Assembly (NCBI RefSeq): GCF_037042905.1
Contig: NC_087263.1
Span: 4,836,001 to 4,900,000, forward strand
From: Lytechinus pictus
Lineage: Eukaryota
Direction of reading: 5' to 3'
DNA length: 64,000 nucleotides
Shown here: in pieces, positions 1 through 11,443 of the stretch
Position numbering within the stretch: the first letter of the stretch is position 1
How the letters are laid out: every line of letters begins with the position of its first letter
The notes under the pieces: generated by a model
Told to the model about the DNA's origin: nothing
Databases searched by the model: none
The model's input: only the letters and a program-made list of their open reading frames with translations
Translations under genes and position numbers: made by a program

Positions 1-709
1 CAACCTGTTCATGTCAGACCAGTAGTAGATACCCAGTTTTTCAATTTTTTACTGGTCCAAACCTAAAATTCACTGGTCCCGAAAAATAAAGAAAAACATA
101 AATAAAGACTTGTTTATTTAGCTGTCTTTTATTGCTTTTAATGCCCCCACCCCCCCAAAAAAAACTTATAGCACACACATACACACAAAGAACATAAATC
201 ATGAGAACCATTTCTCAATTTTAGAAAGCCATATTTTAAGATTGCCAAAGCCATTTTTATTATTTACTACAGAGGAGAAAACATCATTTATATTAATAGT
301 TTGATATTTTTTTTACTGGTCATGTCAGACTAGTAAATCTGGCTATTTCTGAAAAGTTACTGGCCCGACAGCAATTTTTACTGGTCTGGGACCGCTGGAC
401 CAGTGCCAGTGTCGTGCGCTGCATATAAAAACATTCATAGGCGCAGGCACGATGTAGTTGATTGATTTAAAAGGACTGTACGCCAGGCCTGCTGTCCGCT
501 CAATCCAACGGATTTGTCTATTGAAAAAGCATTTTGTTAGCTCGAGTAAGCCTGTTTGCACCAGAATATGTGTTTGAACTCTGAACATGTATTTCCTGCT
601 GAGCTAGGGAGATCAATATTAACATTCCCATTTCTGAACTATAATTTTAGTTACTTATTGCGGAGGAATAAAGGGGGGGTGGGGAGGAGGGGGTCAAATT
701 TCTACTCAC

Positions 710-976
710 CAAACAAGCTGCCATCCGAGTGCCCCGCCCAAGAGCAACTTTCTTCTCCCTAAGATATTCACTCATTGGGAAACCAAACGATGACCCCGTC
801 GCCTTCATCCCTGCGTTCTCCCAGTCCCACTCGTCTTCCCTCGCAAACTCTTCAGTGACGAGATGATGGCAGCAGCCGACGTTACACAGGCAATGCATGC
901 TGGGATTGGACTGGAAGATTCTCAGCATAGAGGGGGCTAGATCACCACAGGTGTGCAGTCCGACCATCATGAATGG
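710..976 (-). CDS. METTL25: METTL25-like methyltransferase, coding exon 3; gene continues beyond the left edge
   Basis: Acceptor TCTCTGTAG|CCA; encodes VGLHTCGDLAP...VGCCHHL...GFPMS...RMAACL as in METTL25; donor TTG|GTGAGT; 267 nt. Confidence 0.92.
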
Positions 977-1366
977 CTACAGAGAATAATTTAAATTCAT
1001 ATTAGAAAATATAGACAAGTCACTGTGGATGGCAAATCCATGGCCTGCATCAAAATTTTGGTTGCAAAACAGTAAAATATGTTCATTATCTGTCCAAATT
1101 CCAGAAAGATGTATTCTACCTCTGCATCATTTGCTAATCCTCACCCCACATTCAATTACATACAATCTTACTAAGGATTTGTCACACCACATTACTGGTA
1201 GCATGGCACTACAAAAAGTGCATACAAGACTTATTACAAGTACATAAAAGTAGAAAATGCAAGAAGCAATCTGGTAATGGTATGTCAGTACCAATTTTTG
1301 ATACTCATTGCGATCCAGTATTAAAGCATGCACTGTGTTGGGAAGCTCAAGAACTATTTTATAAAA

Positions 1367-1580
1367 GGGGGGTGTTTCACAAAGATTTAAGTATGACTTA
1401 GAGTCGCACTTAAATACCAAGTTGCGTACGGTATGAAAGGCTTGACCACATTGGTCAGATCGTGTCATGAGGACGCGCACTACTGCGTGTCTATCAATAA
1501 GATCGCGCGTTCCATATCATGTACGCGTAGGCATTTAAGTGCGACTTAAGTCATACTTAAATCTTTGTGAAACACCCCCC
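1367..1580. mobile_element. MITE with ~50-bp terminal inverted repeats (PIF/Harbinger-like termini)
   Basis: GGGGGGTGTTTCACAAAGATTTAAGTATGACTTA ... TAAGTCATACTTAAATCTTTGTGAAACACCCCCC; superfamily is inferred. Confidence 0.8.
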
Positions 1581-1646
1581 AGAAGTGACTGATCTCTACT
1601 CTATAGACAAAGCCTAAATAGAGTAGATGATGTGTTACATATTTAC

Positions 1647-2765
1647 CTCTGACAGATCAAAGTATCTTGCGTTCTCATCACACTGCAAGAAATCCCCGAT
1701 CTCTGTCTCTTCATCAACAAATCCTGTTACGGATACACAGGCTGCGTGCTTATTCTCTCCTGACTCACTCTGGTTTCCAATTCTCCCGTCACTTCCTGTT
1801 GTGTCAACTCTCTTTTGGCAAGTTTGTTTATGGCAAATCGATTCATGGCAAGATTGTTCCTGGCTAAGACCAGACTTGTTCCTCTCATCCTCTTTTTGGG
1901 GTTGGCAAGATGGTGAAAGGCAAGAGGTTTCTAGCTGTTCTTCTTCTGCTGTTTGCTTTGCAGAAGGTAGAAATATTTCTTGTGATGGGTTTGACACTGC
2001 CACTGAGGGTTGTGCAGAAAGTGTTGGTATATGAATATTGAATGATGACAGAGGTGATGGAATTGATGAGGTTGTTGAAGTCAAATAAGATACTGATGAT
2101 GACTCTACAGAAGTATAAGTTGATGGTGTTGATGATGATGATGATGAAGACAATGATGAAGATGCTATTGATGATGAAGACAATGATGAAGGTGCTATTG
2201 ATGATGATGGTGATGATAGTGATGCTACTGATGATGATGAAGACAATGATGAAGATGCTATTGATGACGATGATACTGATGATGCTGCTACTGTTACAGA
2301 CCCTGAAGGTGAAAATAGTTGCACTGAAGTTGGTGCTTCCTCCACCAACCTTTCCACAGCAGAACATGTGTCATCCCCCAACAACACTAACTGCACTGGT
2401 GCTGATGAAGACCCGGTCGGAGATGAACCAGAATTTTTCTCAAATGATGGTTCAGTCCTTTCACTTTCACTTGAATCCAAAGGACATGAGGGTTCTGTAC
2501 ATCCTTTATCTTGAATTTCCTCAGGACTGCTAGTAGTAGTAATTTTACTTCTTAATCTGCAGTCTTCTTGCTTTGCACTAGTATCCTCACAAGTTTTCTG
2601 CATAGCATTCTTCACAATCCCTTTCCATTGTTTGGTTAGCCTGTTGTTCCGCTTGAGGGCGCCATTCGTGTTGGTTTCTGATGAATCAACACTGATGACG
2701 TTAATGCCATACTGCATGCTGAGAAACTGACCCAGATAGCCCTTTCCACTCCCGATGTCAATAAC
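1647..2765 (-). CDS. METTL25: METTL25-like methyltransferase, coding exon 2 (SAM-binding motif I plus long Ser-rich insert)
   Basis: Acceptor CCTTACAG|GTTATTGAC; encodes VIDIGSGKGYLGQFLSMQYGINVISVDSSETNTNGA; donor GAG|GTAAAT; 1119 nt, phase 0. Confidence 0.9.
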
Positions 2766-3360
2766 CTGTAAGGTGGAGCAAATGAGAAAACAATTAATGA
2801 AATAATATATAAAAAGTCAGTCAATGAAAAGGAATCAAACAGATATTACATGACAGACACTGAACACTTTTGCAAGATTGGAGTTTTCGAATAAAAAAAA
2901 TGAACCTTTGCCAAAGCAATGTCAGACTTCAACAAGTTTTAGTTTAAGAGCTCTTTCACAAATTTAGATCTGCAGATCTATACTAAATTAATTTAATCAA
3001 GTTGTAATATAGCATTGATGATTCCAAGTTCTATTCGTTTGAAAAGAGCCATAAATACTTATTCAACTCAAAACTGAGTTTTGTCTTACAAATCTATCAT
3101 ATGTATAACAATCATTATGGTATTCATTAGTCAAATGTGGCTGACATTTCTTTTAAAAAATCTTATGTATCCTTCTTTTTTTTTTTTGGGGGGGGGGCAT
3201 TTTGATTAGACAGAAATTATTATTTAAAAAAATATCTTTAAATAGGCTAATAAACAGAATCAGATGAACTCACAAATTCATATTTCCATACATAATCTCT
3301 TTTGGGGAATTTTTCAAAATCAATTGAAAACATGCAGCTTGTTTTTGTGTGCAATTTGCA

Positions 3361-4506
3361 TTGCACCTAACATGAAAATTAGAAATGAATATTCCCGACT
3401 GAGAATTTTGTTTAGAAAAAAGTGGAATTCTATTCTTTAAAGGTCAAGTCCACCCCAGAAAAATGTTGATTTGAATAAATAGAGAAAAATCAAACTAGCA
3501 AAACGCTGAAAATTTCATCAAAATCGGATGTAAAATAAGAAAGTTATGACACTTTTTTTGCTTATTTTCAACAAAACAGTGATATGCACAACTCAAATGA
3601 GAAAGTTGATGATGTCCCTCGCTCACTATTTCTTTTGTTTTTTATTGTTTGAATTATACAATATTTCATTTCTTATAGATTTGACAATGAGGACCAACTT
3701 GACTGAATCATATAGTATTAAACAATGCTCATTCCACATGTTCAGGGAGAAATTAATCGTTGTTTGACTAATTGACGAGGAGAAAATAGAATATTCCCTA
3801 TTTCATATAATAAAATACAAAAGAAATAGTGAGTGGATGACGTCATCAGTCTCCTCATTTGCATACCCACCAGGATGTGCATATATAACTATTTTGTGAA
3901 ATTAAGCAAAACTTTAAAATGTCATAACTTTCTTATTTTACATCCGATTTTGATGAAATTTTCAGTGTTATGTTTGTTGGATTTTTCTCTTTTTATTCAA
4001 ATCAACTTTTTGTTGGGGTGGACTTGTCCTTTTAGTTTAAGTTTGATACTTTGAGTTTGACATTAAATTTTTCTAATTCTGAAACGTCTGAATGAAATTT
4101 GCACTGACATTGCACCCAACATGAAAATTAGAAATGAATATTCCTGACTGAGAATTTTGTTTGGAAAAAAGGGGAATTCTATTCTTTAAGTTTGATACTT
4201 TGAGTTAATTGACATTAATTTCTTCTAATTCTGAAACGTCTGAATGAAATTTGCACTGTCAGTGCAAAATTCATTCTTCTTCTTCTTCTTTCCTTGGTTG
4301 GCAACCAGTCAGGATTGACTACTTTTGCCACAGCTTTTGTTTCAGACGTTTCAGAATTAGAAAAAATTCAGTGCAAATTTCGCAGACATTTCAGAATTAG
4401 AAAATTTTAATGTCAAAGTATCAAACTTAAAAAATAGAATTCCACTTTTTCTAAACAAAATTCTCAGTCAGGAATATTTAATTCTAATATTTATGTTAGG
4501 TGCAAT
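3361..4506. repeat. ~150-bp unit present as two direct copies and one inverted copy in METTL25 intron 1
   Basis: Copy 1 3361-4108 (split by the transposon), copy 2 ~4110-4258, inverted copy ~4368-4506. Confidence 0.8.
3441..4030 (+). mobile_element. Non-autonomous Kolobok-type DNA transposon, family A copy 1
   Basis: TTAA|AGGTCAAGTCCACCCC ... GGGGTGGACTTGTCCT|TTTA; long imperfect TIRs; three further copies in window. Confidence 0.85.
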
Positions 4507-4726
4507 AATAAAAGACAGACTTAGAATCTAGACCCCCCCCCCCCCCAAAAAAAAAAAAAAAAAAAAAAAATGCATCACCTCCGCCCGGCTCCACCGTGTA
4601 CCACCGGCACCACACACATTGAAATTGCAGTGCACTGCAACTTTTTTTTGTGTAAGCTGCACTCGCTTAGCTAGCTTTATTGCCTTTATAAAACTCAAAG
4701 TCAAAGACCAGTTAAAAAAAACGAAC

Positions 4727-5308
4727 CTGCTGGATACCAGTCATTGACAAGATGTCAGCAGATTTCTGGGCCATCGATGCTACTTCATGAGACTTCTTCT
4801 TGCCCATTATTCGTTTGGTCAGCTCTGCCTCTGCGTTTGTGCTGTTGACGCTCGTCAGACTAGACTCTCGCTCTTTCCGAGGTGCTGCTTCTTTCACCGG
4901 CTCCTCCATCCGACCCTCGCCGAAACTCAGGGCGTCACGTGCCATCTCTTGCGGGTAAGTGCGTGTGCGATGGTCATCTTTTCCACAATTTTGGGCCACT
5001 TTTTCAAAAGGCAGTATCACCGATTCCAATCGGTTTGCTACCATTTCTTTTGAAAATTCCCGCAAGTCTGGAAATTCTACGTCCTTAGATTCGACTTGAT
5101 TTTGGAGGAAATCTTTACCAGAAGGAAATTCTGCCAGTTCACGGACTGACAATTGCAAAATTTGAGATGCGAAGCGTGTGCCGGTTGTTGTGAGCACGCG
5201 ATTCCACATGTTATTCGTGTAAAAGTTTACTAAGCTGCATTCTACAATCGTTGTGAATTTACTCACGAATTGAATGATATCATCTAGTTTCATTCTTACA
5301 CCATCCAT
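4727..5308 (-). CDS. METTL25: METTL25-like methyltransferase, coding exon 1
   Basis: ATG at 5308; encodes MGKKKSHEV motif typical of METTL25; ends CAG|GTTCGT donor; 582 nt, phase 0, joins in frame to VIDIGSGKG of the next exon. Confidence 0.9.
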
Positions 5309-5763
5309 CTTGAAAATTATTATTAAAAGCAGTCATGTAAACCATTGTATATTGCTTTCGTAGAAATAAAAAATAATGTGATGGGCGCTGTCATGTTTTA
5401 ATGAAGTCACTAGTTTGTTTCAAGAGCTAGAGGGCAGCATTCTAAAATCAAAAGTTTCAACTTTTATCCCTTTTGATGCGTATCTGAATGAATGTTCCCC
5501 GTTAAAGTTTATCTTAGGACAAGGAATTTCTTTCCACTGAAAACCAAGAACAATGAATTCATTTATGTGCAATATTAATAAGTTTAAAAATAAGCAAGAA
5601 TAAGGTCATGAACAAAGAATTAAGAATATGTGAAAGACGTGGTAATTTATAAACAAATGGGGAATTCCCCCATGGAAGTTCACCCTGACGAAAACGTTGT
5701 AAAACATAAATAGCAGAAAAAGTAATGAAAAATATTGGTGAAGGTTGGAGGAAAATCCATTAA

Positions 5764-6370
5764 GGGGTACTCTGAGCTGAAAATATTTTTATTTAAATAG
5801 AGTAAACTTCAAGGAATAAAATGCTGAAAATCTCTTCAAAATCTGATACCCCCCCCCCCCCCCAAATAAAAAGGTTATTGAATTTTAAAGTTTGGCAATA
5901 TTTTGCGAGAACAGTTAATGCGTGATCAAGTGGGCTGATGATGTCACATCCCCAATTTCCTTGTTCTTATGTATTACATGAAATCAAAATTGTTTCATTT
6001 TTTCATACATGTGTGAACGATGTGCCTCCCTTAGCCTATAAGGTGCAGCAATGAATATATATAGCCAATACACTAAATCAGTTGTCAATCCATTTTTTTT
6101 AGTTCTTGGAGGAAAAAATTTGAATAGAACTAATTTCATATAATGAAATGCAAAAGAACAAGTGGGGATATGATGGCATCATCAGTTTGCTCAATGAATA
6201 TTCATGAAGACATGCCTGGCCGTTTCTTCACCAGAATAATGCAAAACTTTAAAATGCCATATAGCTTAACTTTGATTGATTCCTTGTACCATTTTGTTCA
6301 AATTTTCAGTATTTTGTTTGTCTGATTTTGTTTATCTGATCAAATCATATTATTTAGCCTGGAGTATAGT
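5764..6370. mobile_element. Diverged Kolobok-type non-autonomous element (family C)
   Basis: TTAA|GGGGTACTCTGAGCTGAAA ... TTTAGCCTGGAGTATAGT|TTAA; internal motifs resemble family A. Confidence 0.65.
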
Positions 6371-7148
6371 TTAAGGATACAATATTTTTAGTTTAAACAA
6401 ACAAAAGAGCTGACTTACTGCCTAATGGAATTGTCTAGAGAACTCCAATTTTGTTTCAGTCTGATTGCAAGTGAGAACTCCCACTTTCCCGATATAAAAC
6501 AGCTTGTCTCGAAGAGTAAATTCTGTGTATTTGGTTATATAGATACCATGGGTAATCCACCCTTCTCCAACTATTATGAGCTGATACTTATCTTGGATCT
6601 CTATTCTTCGGCATTTTGTTTTTCAAAAAAAGATTATTAGTATAATTGGCTGTGGCTCCCCAGGTTATAAGCGCATCATAATTGAGGATTACATTTACTG
6701 TAGGGCAAATTTTTTCCTTTCTCCCCATACGGTATTTGACACCTAGGAGGGAGCTATATAGTGAGTGCCCCCACCCCTGTGGAGCCGCCCTATAAGGCAA
6801 GGAGTGAAATAAAAAATGAATGAATTTATTTTGTAAACTTTCGTTTTTTGGTATAACGAGCAAGGTTTGATCACTTTGAATGGTAAGCACGGAAGATTAA
6901 AATGTGACAATATTTTTCAGGGCACTCTCCCAGAGTTTTTTCCCGCTTCTCTCCCTCTCTCTTCATTCGCTTTCTTCGCACTCTTTTTTTGGTCTATATT
7001 TTACTTTGCTCTTCCTCCCACAATTAGTATTTCTCCAAGATTTCTTTTTTTTACCTCCCCTAGTCACCTTTTCAAATCTTTATTTTAACTCTTCCCATTA
7101 GTAACATTAATTGAGACCATTAAAAAATTGAGACAATTTCTCATTGAT

Positions 7149-7183
7149 TCTTTCTTGAATATTTGGTGGCTCTTAGAAGAGCC
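7149..7183 (-). terminator. Histone 3' stem-loop and U7 downstream element of H2B
   Basis: GGCTCTTCTAAGAGCC (7183-7168) followed by ACCA, then CAAGAAAGA (7157-7149). Confidence 0.95.
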
Positions 7184-7225
7184 GTTTGTCTCGAGCAAAC
7201 CATGACTCATGAGACGAGTTCCAAT

Positions 7226-7597
7226 TTACTTGGAGGTGGTGTACTTGGTGACGGCCTTGGTGCCCTCAGAGACGGCGTGCTTGGCCAATTCACCGGGGAG
7301 GAGGAGACGGACTGAAGTCTGGACCTCGCGGCTGCTGATGGTGGACCTCTTGTTGTAGTGGGCAAGTCGGGATGCCTCACCGGCGATGCGCTCGAAGACA
7401 TCGTTGACGAAGCTGTTCATGATGGACATGGCACGGCTTGAGATACCAGTGTCGGGATGGACCTGCTTCAGAACCTTGTAGATGTAGATTCCGTAGCTTT
7501 CCTTTCGACGCCTTCTCCTCTTCTTGTCTCCGGTAGGCCTGGGAGCCTTGGCCTTCTTCGATCCTTTCTTTCCAGCGGCTTGTGCTTTGGCAGGCAT
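7226..7597 (-). CDS. H2B: Late-type histone H2B (123 aa)
   Basis: [20 protein letters not shown]...[23 protein letters not shown]...KYTTSK; intronless; true ATG at 7597, not the ORF-track start at 7765. Confidence 0.98.
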   Translation of the reverse strand: MPAKAQAAGKKGSKKAKAPRPTGDKKRRRRRKESYGIYIYKVLKQVHPDTGISSRAMSIMNSFVNDVFERIAGEASRLAHYNKRSTISSREVQTSVRLLLPGELAKHAVSEGTKAVTKYTTSK

Positions 7598-8101
7598 GGT
7601 GTGTATCTCGTCGATAAGATGATGAGAATGTGGTGCAATGTGAATCGAATTGTATTTATACTGTTTGCGAGGATCGCGCGGACCACTAATGGTAATGAGG
7701 GCCGACTGTACGCGAGAAGCACCAATCACTGCGAGCCATTCGCTCGAGCGCGACGTTGGGTACACAACCCGAGCGGCTGCCTCGCTAATGTATTATTCAT
7801 GAGGTCCGAATGCACGCTTTACCGACCAATCACAAAGGGCGTGCGATGCAATGCAACTACACAACCCAACGCCCGGTGTTAGATTTGCATTCATACGTGT
7901 TGCGATCATAAGCGTATGCTCGTCGAATATGCAAATATGTCGCTCGGCGAGCTGAGCCGCCTTGTGTCTGATTGGCTACCGCTGAATCCCTGCTCGGTTT
8001 ACGGTCTTCCTCAGAGGTATATAATCCTAGCTCGCCATTTTTTAACAAATTACTATTCTCTTTGTACTTGCCGTAGTAAACCAACTCACAATCAAATCAT
8101 C
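7598..8101. promoter_or_regulatory. Bidirectional H2B/H2A promoter
   Basis: TATAAATA (-, 7660-7653) with upstream GATCC (7675-7671); CCAAT at 7722, 7826 and ATTGG at 7971; octamers ATTTGCAT 7883-7890 and ATGCAAAT 7929-7936; TATATAA 8018-8024; CpG-rich. Confidence 0.88.
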
Positions 8102-8482
8102 ATGTCTGGACGTGGTAAAGGAGCAGGAAAGGCCCGCGCTAAGGCCAAGAGTCGATCTGCCCGTGCAGGACTTCAGTTCCCAGTTGGTCGTGTCCACCGT
8201 TTCCTTCGCAAGGGCAACTACGCCGAACGTGTAGGTGCAGGAGCTCCAGTCTACCTGGCTGCCGTCCTCGAGTACCTCGCCGCTGAAATCCTCGAGTTGG
8301 CAGGCAATGCCGCCCGCGACAACAAGAAGACCCGTATCATCCCCCGTCACTTGCAGCTGGCTGTCCGCAACGACGAGGAGTTGAACAAGCTTCTCAGTGG
8401 AGTCACCATCGCCCAGGGTGGTGTCCTCCCCAACATCCAGGCTGTCCTCCTGCCCAAGAAGACATCCAAGGCAGCCAAGTAA
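8102..8482 (+). CDS. H2A: Late-type histone H2A (126 aa)
   Basis: [40 protein letters not shown]...[11 protein letters not shown]; intronless; ATG at 8102. Confidence 0.98.
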   Translation: MSGRGKGAGKARAKAKSRSARAGLQFPVGRVHRFLRKGNYAERVGAGAPVYLAAVLEYLAAEILELAGNAARDNKKTRIIPRHLQLAVRNDEELNKLLSGVTIAQGGVLPNIQAVLLPKKTSKAAK

Positions 8483-8516
8483 ATGGGTTGCTTTCCTCTT
8501 CGGAACTTCCCAAATC

Positions 8517-8551
8517 GGCTCTTTTAAGAGCCACCAAAACTTCAAGAAAGA
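8517..8551 (+). terminator. Histone 3' stem-loop and U7 downstream element of H2A
   Basis: GGCTCTTTTAAGAGCC 8517-8532, ACCA, CAAGAAAGA 8543-8551. Confidence 0.95.
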
Positions 8552-9739
8552 ATCAAATGAGATCATGCTCTCAAAATATAAATCTTAAGGTGTTTTTTAT
8601 TCTTAATTCAGATCTTAACAGGATTTACAGCTATCTCTTGTGAGAATTTTGTAGGGCTATGAGCATTTTTTTTGTAATGGCAGATTTTTTTCCTGTGTAG
8701 TTGGTAATTTAAGAGTAAAATGACACTAAGTAGGATATTTTGAACTACTGTAGTAAGAATGATATATTAAAGGGATGATTTTCGAAATTTTGAAGAAAAT
8801 TTGATTATTTTGGAGAGGGGCGGAGGGCGATAGTAGTAAATATCCCTCGCCCTCCCAGATCATTCCAAATGAAATCGGGGGGGGGGGGGGTACCTAGCAC
8901 TTTAGAGGTTGAGGCACAATAAGAGTGAAATTCAGCCCCCCCCCCCCCCCCTTAACATTTTTTCGCGGCACTTGCCAAATGTCCCTGGTCAATTGAATAG
9001 ACGTTATGTACGTAACGTAATAAGGGTGTCGAAAACACTAAAATATAGCCTCTTTTCATTACATTAATAATATAATGAAAAAAGGCTTTATATTTCGCTA
9101 GGAAAACGGCCTGTTTATGGTCCAATGTGCGACGTTATAAAAATACTAAAATACTAAAGGATGTACTTTTTGCCCTCACACTCTCAAGTGTTTGGTGTCC
9201 GATTTGAGCGAGGTGTGTAGGGTGGTATGATGAAACCCAATGAAAGTGCCGACGTCCGTTGTACTTGCTTACAATTCAGGGAATATTGTCAAGGGTACCG
9301 TTTTGTTTCCAATACTTGTTAAGGGTAGGGTACATACGCCAATACTTGTCAAGGGGTGCACTTTCAGATCAAGGAAAAAACTTGTTTAGGGTTCTTTTCG
9401 AAAGTCCATGGTCACGCAATGTATCCACTCGTCAATGGAAGTGCCCCTCCACCCCCTGTATAGGGATGAGGGTGAGGCGAGTGAAGCTTCAGAGCACTTT
9501 TCAGTAAGCGTACGTGATGGATGTTCACCACCCCCCGTTTGGACCTGCCATAATGGGTAAATATTGCCACCCCCCCCCCCCCCCACTCGTGGACATAATT
9601 ATTTTATTCGGATGACATACAATAATACAAGATGATAGAAGTAGTATGGTGCTTTAGTTTTAATAACACCGAATTTTTACGGATTTTCATAATGAAATAT
9701 AGATTGCTGTCGCCACTTGTAACATAAATCAGGCCTTAA

Positions 9740-10324
9740 AGGGGAATCCAGCCTTGGCCATAAAATTTTGTGATCGGAAGGAGAAAAATAAATTAAACAG
9801 AATGGTGAAAGTTTGAAAGAAATCCGACAAGCAATAAGAAAGTTATAGCTGCTTTAAAATTGAGATCACTAATACTATGTAGATTTCAAATTGGCAACTG
9901 GGTTAGTAAATTATGACAAGGGGCAATGACAACTTTCCCATAGGCCATGTACTTTATTATCAGGGATTTGTGGTTTTCTTCTAAGTACCCATTCCCCTGG
10001 GGCAGTAATCTAAATATAACCCAGGTAGTATATTGTTTTATGTCCTCATAAAAGAAAAATATGATTTGAAGTAAAACGTTTGGGAAAATGACATTTTAGC
10101 CATAATATGTATTGGAGTACATGGAAGAGTAGTCCTTGCCTTACATCACTATGACATCCCATATGCGGCCAATTTGAAGTCTCCATGTGTATAGTGATTA
10201 CCAATATTTTTACAACTTTAAAACATTCATTCTTTAAAACATATTATTCAAACTTTCACTTATCAACTTGTCTGATATTTATTTTCCTTATAAAAACAAG
10301 TTTTTATTTGGGTTGGATTCCCCT
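9740..10324. mobile_element. Non-autonomous Kolobok-type element (family B)
   Basis: TTAA|AGGGGAATCCAGCC ... GGTTGGATTCCCCT|TTAA. Confidence 0.85.
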
Positions 10325-10730
10325 TTAATAAGTGAGCATGAATATCCTCTATTTTGTGTGCATTCATAACAAATATTTTGCAAACTAAAATTGTCTTCTC
10401 TGATAGTTTGATAATTTATGTTATAAGGAAAAAAAATAACAAGAAATTTAGTTCTTTAATTATTTTTCCAAGACAGGATGGGGGATTAACAATCCCCTGC
10501 CCCCCCCCCTTTCCCTCCACCGCGTAAGGCCAGGCAAAAAATGAGAATACATTATTAATTTTTGTCTTATTCAACAACTATAGCTTTCATGAAGAGCGTC
10601 ATCTACGGCCTCAAAGATATCTTTAAAAAGACAATACAAGTATTCAATGATCATGATAATAATTAGTGTTTCTCTAATGTCTGTCAAGCGCTTTGCTAAA
10701 AAAAATTGAGCAGTGTTTTAAACCATTTAA

Positions 10731-11334
10731 AGGTCAAGTCCACCCAAGAAAAATGTTGATTTGAATAAATAGAGAAAAATCAAACAATCATCATGCTGAA
10801 AATTTCATCAAAATCGGATGTAAAATAAGGAAATTATGACATTTTAAAGATTCTCTTATTTTTCACAAAACAGTGATATGCACAACTCAGTGACATGCAA
10901 ATGAGACAGTCGATGATGTCCATCACTCACTATTTCTTTTGTTTTTTTATTGTTTGAATTATACAATATTTCATTTTTTACAGATTTGACAATAAGGACC
11001 AACTTGATTGAACCATATAGTATTAAACAATGCTAATTGTACATGTTCAGGAAAGAATTAATCGTTGTTTCACACGACAACAGGGAGAAAATTGAAATAT
11101 TTCATATTTCATATAATAAAATACAAAAGAAATAGTGAGTGAGTGATGTCATCAGTCTCCTCATTTGCATACCGACAAGGATGTGAATATAACTGTTTTG
11201 TGAAATTAAGCGAAAATATAAAATGTCATAACTTTCTTATTTTACATCCGATTTTGATGAAATTTTCAGTGTTATGCTTGGTGGATTTTTCTCTTTTTAT
11301 TCAAATCAACTTCTTGTTGGGGTGGACTTGTCCT
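10731..11334 (+). mobile_element. Kolobok-type family A copy 2
   Basis: TTAA|AGGTCAAGTCCACCC ... GGGGTGGACTTGTCCT|TTAA; near-identical layout to 3441-4030. Confidence 0.9.
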
Positions 11335-11443
11335 TTAAGGATGCTATCATAATAATATTAATACAGGCATATTATCTTTAAAATAGTAGACAATATTCGA
11401 TATAATGACATCCCGGAATGACATACTTGTATCCTAAACTAGT

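Noticed and set aside
2042-2533. 163-aa Met-rich plus-strand ORF (and the Ile-rich ORF 1885-2367)
   Set aside because: Alternative frames of the (GAT)n repeat inside METTL25 exon 2
3833-4054. Recurring ~70-aa ORF (KCHNFLILHPILMKFSVLCL) also at 11143, 43194 and 43719
   Set aside because: Terminal repeat of the Kolobok family A MITE; no transposase features
7598-8101. N-terminal extensions of H2B (from 7765) and H2A (from 7916) in the ORF track
   Set aside because: They run through TATA/CCAAT promoter elements; the canonical histone starts are 7597 and 8102
8042-8566. 174-aa antisense ORF over H2A, and similar ORFs over H2B
   Set aside because: Shadow frames caused by histone codon bias
8877-8951. 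Poly-G/poly-C runs downstream of H2A as specific regulatory G-strings
   Set aside because: Equivalent runs occur throughout the window, often inside MITEs, so there is no locus-specific signal
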